Positions 1-10,800 of a DNA stretch of 64,000 bases are shown here, piece by piece. Position 1 is the first letter of the stretch, and every line of letters begins with the position of its first letter. This DNA is from Candidatus Cloacimonadales bacterium (GTDB lineage: Bacteria > Cloacimonadota > Cloacimonadia > Cloacimonadales > JAIOQZ01), in assembly GCA_963665815.1 (NCBI GenBank), contig OY762463.1:917469-981468 (forward strand), in the 5' to 3' direction. The position numbers and the translations under genes were made by a program. Below the pieces are notes generated by a model, which ran no database searches, was not told where the DNA came from, and saw nothing but the letters and a program-made list of their open reading frames with translations.

Positions 1-1
1 C

Positions 2-1255
2 TTATTTCAGTACTCTTTTATTTCCGATATCATCGACGATATACTCTACTCCATTCTCAATCAAGAGTCCTTTTGTCTTCCCGCTTCTCTTAGTAGTGCC
101 ATGTTTGAGATCTATCTTGATCACTTTTCCGTCATAATCTGTAGAAATATCATCCATTACGGTGTGACCAATAACAACTTTGTTGACCTTGAAGAAAGTA
201 AGAACTTCATCCAGAATAGGAGCCTCTATTTTTTTGTAATACTTGTAATCGGTAGCTAAACCTCTATACCACAAAGGCCCCATTCGACTATACAGTGTTT
301 TAGCTGTGATATTTTCCTCAGAGAAATCCGTATCATAGTTATCTCGGATAAATGAGTTTATCTCGTCCAAGTTCATACCAAGATCAATAAGCTCTTTGCT
401 TAATCCCGCGTGTACGAATATATAGTCACCTATTTTCTCAATGACATTTTTTGATCTGAGCCATTTTCCCAGATGACTTTTCTCTGAGAACAGCTCTTTG
501 TAATTATCTCTTTCATCTTCGTGAGTACCAATTAGGACTGCCAGTTTTCTATATTTATCTCGGGCATACCTGAATCTACCCTGAATGTTCATCACATCGT
601 GATTACCCAGAATGAAATGTACTTTTCCTCCAGCTCTTTCTGCCTGATATTCAAGTTTATAAATTAGCCATAGAACGGGTAAAACATTATTACCTCTATC
701 AACCATATCTCCATTTAGTAGCAGTGAGCCTTTTCCGTAAGCCCAGTTATAGTTTTCATCTATCACTTTGTTACTCAGTAGAAACGATGACAATGCATTG
801 AAGTTTCCCTCAATATCAGAAACAGCGATCAGTTTTTCCGGCATTTTGTAGATAGATTTCTGTTTTATCAAAGAATCTGCAAGTCTGACTTTAAACGAAT
901 CCTTATCGTCATTATCTACATTTACAATAATTTCCTCAGTAATCAGTAATTTCCTCTCGAGTGAGTTATTGCCATGCACTACATATAATGAATCACTGAT
1001 AATGTAAGGACCGTCTATTCCATCCAGATCATAGGTTATTTCTTCATTTATGATGAATTTCTTACTCTCTGAGTCGTATTTAAAAAGTATCTTTCCATTA
1101 TTCTCGATTGTTATACTCCCTTTTGTAAGCATAGCTGCTGTGACAAATATTAACGGTATTACCAACAGAACAAGAACAAGAACTACTATGATCGTAATCA
1201 CAGCTTTTTTCATTCCATTATCTTTCAAGACTTCTTTTTGAAAATCGTTAAGCAT
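2..1255 (-). CDS. Membrane-anchored calcineurin-like (PPP-type) metallophosphoesterase
   Basis: 417-aa ORF with stop at 2-4. N-terminal TM helix AVITIIVVLVLVLLVIPLIFV. Metallophosphoesterase motifs GDMVDRG, LGNHD, FVHAG, IGHT. The first motif reads SDIEG, with Glu where GDxHG normally has His. Confidence 0.8.
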   Translation of the reverse strand: MLNDFQKEVLKDNGMKKAVITIIVVLVLVLLVIPLIFVTAAMLTKGSITIENNGKILFKYDSESKKFIINEEITYDLDGIDGPYIISDSLYVVHGNNSLERKLLITEEIIVNVDNDDKDSFKVRLADSLIKQKSIYKMPEKLIAVSDIEGNFNALSSFLLSNKVIDENYNWAYGKGSLLLNGDMVDRGNNVLPVLWLIYKLEYQAERAGGKVHFILGNHDVMNIQGRFRYARDKYRKLAVLIGTHEDERDNYKELFSEKSHLGKWLRSKNVIEKIGDYIFVHAGLSKELIDLGMNLDEINSFIRDNYDTDFSEENITAKTLYSRMGPLWYRGLATDYKYYKKIEAPILDEVLTFFKVNKVVIGHTVMDDISTDYDGKVIKIDLKHGTTKRSGKTKGLLIENGVEYIVDDIGNKRVLK

Positions 1256-1274
1256 TTATCATCCTTATGTGATT

Positions 1275-2351
1275 CTAATTTTTACGTCCCATCTGTCCAA
1301 GAACAGTGTTAGCGATACTTCTCAGGTCAGCACATACACTGTCCGGGAGTGTTCCATTCATCGTATATGTACTCTCCATCGGATTCACCGAGCACAGTTT
1401 GCCTAAAAACATACATGAAGCCAGATAAGTCCCTTGCTGACTCGGGTGAGAACCATCTGCGATATAAAGATCGTACTCGGGATGGTTTTCGACTGTGTAA
1501 GAAAAAGCTCTTCCTACAGGAATCAGTATAGCATCAAGTGAGTCAGCAATATATGTATAGGCACTGTCAAGACCATTTATCATAGGTGGATCGTATTCTC
1601 TTGCCCAGGTCATAAAGAAAGCAGTCTCAGCACCACTCTCGGTTATTACTGAGTCCAGTCTGGCAGCATACTCGTAGAATATATCTGTTTCCAATAAAGG
1701 ACGCTGACTCTGCTCCTGCAGAACAACACAATCATAATCACCTGTAGAGATACTGTTTATTGTTGATTGAGTATTAAAATGACTTTCCAAAGTCAAACCA
1801 CCTCCGGTTATAGCATCCACAACAACTTCTTCCTCAGGATACAACTCCTGTATCATATTAAGAACATGAGCATTGACTCCACCGTTCGTATAAGTATAGC
1901 TATTCCCCAGAAACAAAATCCTGTGAGGAAATTCTTCCGGTTCATTCCAATCAACTATTACAACAAGATTTCCCGGTTCATATTCAACTGTAAGCCTCAG
2001 TTCAGTTGTCTGTCCAGCCAATACTTCTGCGGTACCGCTTCCTCGAGCAATAAGCACTGAATCCTCGTAGACATATACATTGACCTCATAGGTTCCATGT
2101 ACCAGGTCTTCGAATACACCATGAGCAAGTGTCTCTTCGATTTCAAGATTCATAGAATCGAAAAAACTATTTCTGTGGATTGTTACGTAAACACTGTCAA
2201 TTTCATACCCATGTATAAGAGGTTGTTCCAGAGAAATGTTAAGTGGTATATTCCCCCCTTCCATACCTGTATCGCTGGAAGGATTACTATCCGAGCAGCC
2301 AAACATTAACAGCAGTAACAGAACGTAAAATATATGTATAAGTTTTCTCAT
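1275..2351 (-). CDS. Lipoprotein with C-terminal SGNH/GDSL-like hydrolase domain
   Basis: The track ORF starts at TTG 2369. ATG 2351 is preferred (GGAGAG 5 nt upstream). Lipobox LLLLMFGC-S. SGNH block I-like ILFLGNSYTY and late DGSHPS (Asp/His block). Confidence 0.7.
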   Translation of the reverse strand: MRKLIHIFYVLLLLLMFGCSDSNPSSDTGMEGGNIPLNISLEQPLIHGYEIDSVYVTIHRNSFFDSMNLEIEETLAHGVFEDLVHGTYEVNVYVYEDSVLIARGSGTAEVLAGQTTELRLTVEYEPGNLVVIVDWNEPEEFPHRILFLGNSYTYTNGGVNAHVLNMIQELYPEEEVVVDAITGGGLTLESHFNTQSTINSISTGDYDCVVLQEQSQRPLLETDIFYEYAARLDSVITESGAETAFFMTWAREYDPPMINGLDSAYTYIADSLDAILIPVGRAFSYTVENHPEYDLYIADGSHPSQQGTYLASCMFLGKLCSVNPMESTYTMNGTLPDSVCADLRSIANTVLGQMGRKN

Positions 2352-2604
2352 GATTTCTCTCCAAAACAATGATTATGCAAAATTTGCAGAAATTTTCATT
2401 TTAGTCCAGACATTTATTTTACCCTATTAACTAAAAGAAAAACGTCCGAAAATTATAGGGGAATTTTTTTCCTCCCAACTCAGCAAGACAAATTATCCTA
2501 CTTAAAGTTATACTTTATATAGCCCAGCCTATTTTTCTATTTTTATAGCTCTTTAATTACATATTTATATTATTTTAATTGTTTTTTATAAACAAATATT
2601 TAAT

Positions 2605-2620
2605 TGGCACAGAAATTTCT
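2605..2620 (+). promoter_or_regulatory. Candidate sigma-54 (-24/-12) promoter for the glycan operon
   Basis: TGGCAC-agaaa-TTTCT versus consensus TGGCAC-N5-TTGCW. The -24 element is perfect; the -12 element has one mismatch (G to T). It lies 54 nt upstream of ATG 2674, and no TTGACA-type -35 is nearby. Confidence 0.25.
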
Positions 2621-2673
2621 TATTATATTATTGTTTTAAGGAAATTCGCTAATAAACAGGAGTTAATTTAAGC

Positions 2674-4836
2674 ATGGATGCTACCATAGTCGGAATTTCG
2701 ATTTTTTTTGTAACATTGATCCTCAACTGGGGAAAACAATATAAACCGCTTTATGTTGATGATGGTAACTGGTTCTATCAGACTGTCTTTTCAAAAATAG
2801 GAAAAAGGCTTTACTATTACGATAAACACGTGGAAGACATAGAGTTCGATCTATTGAGACCTCATGGATATTTTACCATTGACTGGCTCGCCTCCAAGTT
2901 TCATTTTAAGAATACAGACAACGAAAAGTTCATTCAGCAATTCAAGATGATTTCTTACGCGCTGACCTCTTCCCTGCTTGCTGTCACTAGTTTTTTTCTT
3001 TTTAACAGCTATATTGCCGGAGTTACTGCTGGAGTAATTTTTTCCGTTGCTACCGGATCAGGAAGAACAACTTATTCGGATATAACCTATGCTGAATGGT
3101 TTATAATTTTCCCACTCACTCTCGCCATACTGGTTCTTCATCTGGGAGGAAACGAACTCTGGAGTTTTGCAGCAGCCGGAATCATTTTAGGCTGGTCATT
3201 ACATATTAAAATTACATCTATCGGTTTTGCTGTGATTATTCCTCTGTTCTATCTTTCAGAAAACTGGATTCCGGAAATTGGAATACTGGCTGGAAGTCTG
3301 ACACTGTTGATGTTTTTACCGGTAGTCCTGATTACGATATCAAGGAGCTCGCATAAATCACAAATAATCACATATTACCTGAAGAATTTCTTCAACCCTG
3401 TTATAATAGGAACACTTCTCGTGCTGCAGAAATGCGGAATCTGCAAGATCAAGAAAGGCAATTCTGCCGATAAGCTTATATCTGTTTACGGCACATACAC
3501 AAAAGGCAAATGGGATATCAGCAATTCCTTTAGTAAGGAACTTAAGTCACTGCAAAACATGATCAAACCTATCTGGAAAAATTTTGATATATTTATCCTC
3601 CTCACTTTAGCCGGATCATTAAGCCTGCTTCTGGATTACAACAAGCATGTAATGTTACTGACAATAATACTGGTGGTTAACTTTATCCTGATTCTTATAC
3701 AGAAGAATTATTTCAGACCTAAAATAAATACACTCTGGATGCCTGTATCAATGATAACAGGGTTCCTTCTCACGAAGATGAACTTCAATACAATGGAAGG
3801 ATTACTTATTGCTTTTATTCTGCTTTATGCATTATTGAAAACACTTATACCTGTGATTTCAGGATTGAAGAAGGAAAACAGAGTTAAACTTAACGATTAT
3901 ACGGATGATATCCAGAATCTATTCAGATTGAGTAGAGAAATAGGACAATTCATTAAAAGTATATCCAAACCTGAAGATAACCTGCTGGTATGGGGAAATT
4001 ATTCCAATATTTACATTTATGCTGAACGAAAAGCCCATATGGCATTATATCCGTTTATGTTCCCGAACAATAAGATAATAAACGATAAAATTCTTACCAG
4101 AGCATTTCATAACAAGACAGCTCCTAAATATATCCAGATATTTGACTACAATATTAAAGACAGGTGGAATCCTGACAGAATCCAGATTTATGTGAAAGCT
4201 CCATATAAAGTGATCAAAACATTCAAGTTTACTGATAAAAAGAAGAAAGTACATCCGTTTCACTTGATGGAGAGACAGGATGCCGCTTACAAACAGATAC
4301 TTCTTTCTAAGCTTTCAAGCTGTAAAGAATCTACAGAAAAGGCAATTCTTATCAGAAAACTTAAAAACATTGATATAAATGATTTTGAACTCAAGTATTA
4401 CAATGATACTGAGAGAATGAGTCTTGATCAGAAAATAGAATACATTCATGCTCACCTGAGTAACAATGATAATCAGGCTGTGAAACAAAGCATATTAGGT
4501 CGATTACTCATTGAACTGGGCAATATTGAAGGAGCAATTCAATTGTTGAACAGTGCGTCAGCAGAATATACAGATTACAGAGATTTAATCTCAATGGGCG
4601 AAATAGCCTTCATGCAGGGATCTTTACATATTGCTGCAGACTGCTTCAAGCAGGCTATAGCCTTCAATCCTATATGCGGAGAAGCTTATAATAATCTTGG
4701 CGTATATTTCAACCAGATTGGTGATAGAAAAAACTCAGAAACATGTTTCCGAACAGCTATAATGATCAGCCCGGAATACAACGAAGCAAAAGACAATCTT
4801 AATACACTATTAAAAGAAGTAAACAGGAATAAATAA
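2674..4836 (+). CDS. Polytopic GT-C-like (ArnT/PMT-type) membrane glycosyltransferase with C-terminal TPR repeats
   Basis: 720 aa. About 12 hydrophobic helices in the first ~400 aa. Acidic DD pair (2758-2763) right after TM1, as in GT-C first-loop motifs. The last ~130 aa are TPR-like (AFNPICGEAYNNLGVYF, ISPEYNEAKDNL). Confidence 0.6.
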   Translation: MDATIVGISIFFVTLILNWGKQYKPLYVDDGNWFYQTVFSKIGKRLYYYDKHVEDIEFDLLRPHGYFTIDWLASKFHFKNTDNEKFIQQFKMISYALTSSLLAVTSFFLFNSYIAGVTAGVIFSVATGSGRTTYSDITYAEWFIIFPLTLAILVLHLGGNELWSFAAAGIILGWSLHIKITSIGFAVIIPLFYLSENWIPEIGILAGSLTLLMFLPVVLITISRSSHKSQIITYYLKNFFNPVIIGTLLVLQKCGICKIKKGNSADKLISVYGTYTKGKWDISNSFSKELKSLQNMIKPIWKNFDIFILLTLAGSLSLLLDYNKHVMLLTIILVVNFILILIQKNYFRPKINTLWMPVSMITGFLLTKMNFNTMEGLLIAFILLYALLKTLIPVISGLKKENRVKLNDYTDDIQNLFRLSREIGQFIKSISKPEDNLLVWGNYSNIYIYAERKAHMALYPFMFPNNKIINDKILTRAFHNKTAPKYIQIFDYNIKDRWNPDRIQIYVKAPYKVIKTFKFTDKKKKVHPFHLMERQDAAYKQILLSKLSSCKESTEKAILIRKLKNIDINDFELKYYNDTERMSLDQKIEYIHAHLSNNDNQAVKQSILGRLLIELGNIEGAIQLLNSASAEYTDYRDLISMGEIAFMQGSLHIAADCFKQAIAFNPICGEAYNNLGVYFNQIGDRKNSETCFRTAIMISPEYNEAKDNLNTLLKEVNRNK

Positions 4837-4848
4837 CAGGAGAATAAT

Positions 4849-7800
4849 ATGCTGCAAAAAGATGATCCAAAAGTAATTATGATTTCACCCGATACAATTA
4901 GATATGCAATGATCGAAGAATTCCAGATCAATGAGTACACCGGTGAAGTACTGGATGGAGACTGGGACAGAAAGATTCAGAAATTTGATGACAGAATAGA
5001 TTTCTATGAATCATTCAAGATGAGACTAAAAGATATTCCGTGGCAGGAAACACCATATTTTGAACGAGTTATGAGGGAGATTAATCAAGGCTATGAAAAA
5101 TGGGGTTGTACCACTGAAGAACAGTTTTTGAACAGATGCATTCGTCTGGAAGGAATCTACCTGAACATGAAAGAAAACGGCTACATCCAGAATCCCGATA
5201 AAGATTATGCAGCAGTCAATATCGGTCGAGACGGAGAAATAATTTTTAATAACGGCAGACACAGAATCTGTTTTGCAAAAATCCTGAATATCCCTGAAAT
5301 ACCTGTTAAAATTACTGTTCGTCACAGCGAATGGAATCAGTTCAGAGAAAAAGTACTGACTTATGCATCAAAACATAATGGAGTTGTTTATGCTCCTTTG
5401 AAACACCCTGATTTAAAAGATATCCCTTCTCTGCATGCAGGAAGATTCCCTTATATTAAAAAGCATATCAATCCCGATTCTAAAACAGTCCTTGATATAG
5501 GGACTCACTGGGGTTACATGTGCAGTAAGCTGGAAGAAGAATGCGGTAAAGAGTGCTTTGCCATAGAAAACGGAAAAGGAACTTTCTACTATCTGGAAAA
5601 AATCAGAAAAGCTAATGAGCAGAATTATCACACAATCTTTGCCAACATATTTGATTTTACAAGGAAATACAACAAGTTTGATACAGTATTGGCCCTGGCA
5701 ATATTCCATCATTTTATAAAGACACCTGAATTGCACCAGGAACTTGTAGATATGCTTAACAGGCTGGAAATGAAAGAAATGTTCCTTCAAGCTCACAGAA
5801 CGGATGAACCACAGATGCAGGGCGTTTACAGAAACTACAGTCCTGACGAGTTTGCTCAGTTTATAGTTGATAACTCCTGTCTAACTCACTATAAGGAAAT
5901 ATGTGATTTTGAAGGTAGAAAACTGTTTCATATATACAAGAAAGAAACAGTTCAAATTGGTAGAAAATCCTTCAAAGGTCTCGGTGGTTTGACAATTAAA
6001 ACACACAGAGAAGCTCCTGTAAAAGAATCTCAAAAGTTACCACCTTCAAAAAAAGTGATGTTCCTTGGATTTGTGAATGGAAGCTATCCACAGATTCTTA
6101 ACAAAATCTATAATAAATACAAAGCATTTAAAAAGATTCATAATAACACAGAATTACTGCTGATTGGTAAAGGAGACGATAAACTTCCTGCAGACTTACC
6201 ATTCAAGTACTATGATATCCGCAAGATAATGCCTAAGGCCAATTTCCTGCAGACAATGCAGCTTTCTGTGAGTATTGTCAACTCTTTGATTGATGAGATG
6301 AAGCCGGATTATATATATATGCGTTACCCCTTAGCAAATGAACACACTGTATCATTTGTGAAGAAACATAAAAACCTGATTGTAGAATTCCAGACCAAGC
6401 AGTTTGAAGAATTCGAGAAAAGCAGTCCTAAGCTTTTGAATTTGGAAAAACAATACTGCAAAGAATTTCTGAGTAACATCGATACAATAAGTGCAGTAAC
6501 AAAAGAGATCGCTGATTATGAAAAAAACATATCAGGTAAAAACATTCCAACATTTATTTTTACAAATGGTGTTGATGTAAGCTCCAGACCAGAGAACGAT
6601 GTGCTTCAAGAAGATATTATTCATATAGCTTATGTTTCCATGTATGCACAATACTGGCAGGGAATCGACAGAATTCTGTATGGAATCAGTAACTCAAACG
6701 CAAAAAACATAAAACTGCACTTCATAGGTAATGTAACTGATGATGTAAGATCCATGATTAACCAGCTTGGTTTGAATAACATTGTTGAGCTGCATGGAGT
6801 AATGGATGAGAAAGGCATTGATTCTATTCTGCAAAAATGCTCAGTTGGAATAGGAGCAATGGCTGTACACAGAAAAGGATTGAAAGAAGCTGCAGCAATC
6901 AAACTGAGAGACTACTGCTCACGAGGAATTCCATTCGTTTATAGCGGAGATGACTCTGATTTTTCAACGAACCTTCCATTTGTACATCAGTATCCTCTGA
7001 ATGATGAACCGCTCGATTTCAGTCATATCATAAAACTTGCAAAAGAGCATAACAATTCAGAATCACGCAAAAAGATAAGAGACTATGCATTATCACATCT
7101 GGACTGGAATGTTAAAGCTGAAAAAATAATGAGTTTCCTGTACAGTCTTGATAGCGGTGAGCCTATTGTAGACTCTGCTGATGAATACAACACCTTAAGG
7201 AAGCTGGCTACAAACCTCAAAGCTGATAAAGGAAATCTTGAAATAACCAAACAACTGATTGCCGAAATGCTAAGGAAAAAAGACGAAAAGATCACATCCG
7301 GTCCTTTAGTGTCAGTAGTTATTCCATATTACATGCAGCCTGAAACAATTGTTGAGACACTGCTTTCAGTATATAATCAGTCATACAGGAATTTCGAAGT
7401 AATTCTGGTAAATGATGGAGACACTAAAGAAGTTGAAGATGTTGTAAATAATAATGCTCAGCTCTTCCCTGATCTTAATCTTAAGTATTTCAGAAAGGAA
7501 AACGAAGGACTGGCAGCAACCAGAAACTTTGGTATTTCCAAGGCTGAAGGTAAATATGTGCTTCCTCTTGACTCAGATGACATGCTTGCATCGGATTTTC
7601 TGAAAGAAACAGTCAACTATCTGGAACAGCACAAAGACATAGATTTTGTATTTACTGAAACCCTGTTTTACGGAGCTAAGAATGAGATATGGGCATTCAG
7701 GGATTTTGATCCATCCTATCTGATCAAGCGAAATATGATGACCTGTACAACTCTATTCAGAAAAGAAGTCTGGGTTCAAACAGGTGGATACAGAACAAAC

Positions 7801-10800
7801 ATGAAACATGGATATGAAGACTGGGATTTCTGGATTACAGCTTCGGAAAATGGATTCAAAGGGGGAAACATTCATCTCCCACTCTTCCTCTACAGACGCA
7901 AGAAAGATTCTATGTTAGAAAACAGAGTAAAGTATGACCATATTGCTAAAGCTCAAATAGTTAAAAATCATCCAAATATATTCATTCAGAATCACCCTCA
8001 GGAGGAACAGCTCCTTAAAGAAAAAATCGGATTGATTCCGGAAGCATTACAAAAAAAGCCTTCCGGAGAAGAGCCTGAGCAAAACAGGAATAGTTTCAGC
8101 TACCCTGACATGAGCAATATTAAACAAGAATTATCTGCAAGAAACCTTACACCATCTAATCAGATGCTATCTGGTTCTAAGCCCAGAATCCTCTTTGTCT
8201 GTCACAATTTTCCCCCGCATAAATACGGTGGAGCTCAATTATACGCTATGCATCTGGCAAAGAAGATTAATGAGCTTGGCATTGCTGATGTAGAAATTCT
8301 ATATCCCTTATTCCGGGGAGAAATCCGACAGTTTGGTCTGATTGAAACAGAGTTTGAAGGATTGAAAGTTTTTCAACTTGCCAAAGACTTTTCTAAAGGT
8401 TTTGAGTTAGCAGTTAGGCATCCCTATGTAGAGAAAGTATTCGATAAATTCCTCAGTATGCGTCATTATGATGCTATTCACTTTCATGGACTGGGGCAGT
8501 TGACTCCTGTTCCTATTGAAGTAGCATACAAAAAAGGAATCAAAACTGTCATGACGTTCCATGAGCACTGGTTCCTGTGCTTCTTCTGGTTCTTGATGTC
8601 AAATCGTGATTCCGAAATATGTTCAGGCCCTGAAAGCATAGATAAATGCACAAAGTGTGTACTGCAAAAATATCAGAGTATACCTGATATCAGAAAAAAC
8701 TATAATGATGTACGTCATTTTATTGCATCCAGATTCGAGTATTACAAAATGATGTTCGATATTATTGATTACAAGTTTGCACCGAGTCAATATCTTATTA
8801 ACAAGTTCGAGGAATATGATTTTAGAGGTATTCAGGTAAATAATCTCGGTATGGAACCTATGGAATATGTTGCAAAGAAAAAACATTCCGGTATAAGATT
8901 CGGGATTATCGGTCAGATTTCACCAAGAAAAGGAACGGATATTCTTCTAAGAGCTTTTCAAAGTCTGAGCAAATCCGAAAAAGACAAACTTCACGTACAC
9001 GGAAAATGTTATTTTGAAGGTTACATGAACATGATTCTTCAAATGATTTCAACAACCACAGGAGCTGAGTATCAAGGTGCTTATACACCTGAAGATCTTC
9101 CACATATCCTTTCTGAAATCGATGTCCTTATTGTTCCATCTTTATGGGAAAACTATCCACTTGTTGTACAGGAAGCATTTCTATGTAAAGTCCCCGTGAT
9201 AACAAGTAATACAGGTGGATTTCCAGAAGTTGTAAAACATGGAACAAACGGACTTCTCTTCAAAGCTGGATCTTATATAGACCTTGCAGAAAAAATGCAG
9301 TACATTTTAGATAATCCTAATAAAGTTCTTGAATTCAGCAATAATATCAAACCTGTAAAAACACTTACTGAAGATGCAGAGTACTACACCAGTTTATACA
9401 AGAAAAAAATAGAAAGATGTAATGACACAAAATTCAGTGCTGCTCATGTAAATAGCATATCCCCAGAAAAGAGAGAACTGAAAAACCTGACTGTACAATT
9501 TTATATGCAGAAGTCTGTTCACTGGCCAATATATGAGAATTTATATGAACATGTGAAACTGCAGCCGGAAGTTGATAAGATTGTCTTTTGTATTCCACGA
9601 CTTACTGAAGTGGTAAACTCAGGGTATTATGATGAAATTTCCAGACTAATTGACAAGGTTGACGAAGTTGTTATGCATCCCGCAGATGCAAATGCAGATG
9701 TTACTTTTATTGCCAGCACTGTACAAGGTAAAGTCTGGAATTGCGGTAAGGTTGTCAGTATAGGTCACGGAACCATATCTAAAGGATTTTTCTTCAGCGA
9801 TAATGTCTGGGTACATAGAGAAAACTGGGTAGACTTGCTTTGCGTTCCCGGTAACTATGCTTATCAGCTCTATAAGAAAATATTGTCTACAAACATTGCT
9901 GCAACTGGCATGCCTAAACTGGATTCAGCTTTCAATAAAGATTATGATAAAAGCTATCTCTGTCAAAAATACAATCTTGACCCCAACAAAAAAATCGTGC
10001 TGTATGCTCCAACATTCAATACCAATCTCAGCAGTGTGTATAATTTTGCAGAAAGATTCCATGAACTTGACCAGATGGGTTTCTATACACTTGTAAAACT
10101 ACATGGAACAACTCTGCCAAGAATGTTCAGCCATTACAGAGCACTTGGAGCAAATTTCAGTAACATTGTTTTTGTGGAGGAGTCAAATCTTGCCTATCTT
10201 CTTGCCGGCTCAGACATTATGATTTCTGATGTATCTTCGGCATTTATGGAGTTTATGGCTCTGGATAAACCTGTAATTCTGTATAATAATCCGGAAAGAT
10301 TCCAATATCACGGTTTCCATGAAACAGATATTGAATGGGCATGGCGAGATCTTGGAACCCAGATAAACAGCTTTGATGAACTGCTCAGGATACTTCCCGG
10401 TATTCTCAGGAATGGAGACGGCAAATCTGCTATCAGAAAAAAATATGCTGAAACGCTCTTGGCTGATCTGGAAGGAAAGGCATCAGAAAGAGTTTGGAAT
10501 GCTGTTAGGGAAGTCTTACCTGCTGAATCAACTGTTGATGTAAGTCTGCTATCTTTTGTGATAGTGGTTACTGACGATAACTGGATTGTTACAAGAACTC
10601 AGATTCAAGCCTGTGATAAATATTTCCGAGTTCCAATGGAAATTGTTGTTGTCAGGAATGGAGTCTCAGACGAAACCGCAAAATCAATGCAATACCTCAT
10701 AGACTACCACGAATACATTAATTTCAGATTAATCGATATAGATGAGACATCCTGGCACAATGCGTTTGAGAGGGGAGTGGAAGATACTTCTGGAAACATT

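Noticed and set aside
5026-5796. Antisense ORFs (99 and 127 aa) inside the giant gene, and similar ones at 6630-6902, 7083-7295, 8623-9103 and 11299-12014
   Set aside because: They are opposite a strongly supported coding frame with family motifs. They have no RBS, and their translations are low-complexity, Phe/Ile/Ser-rich. This is typical shadow ORF behaviour in AT-rich DNA.
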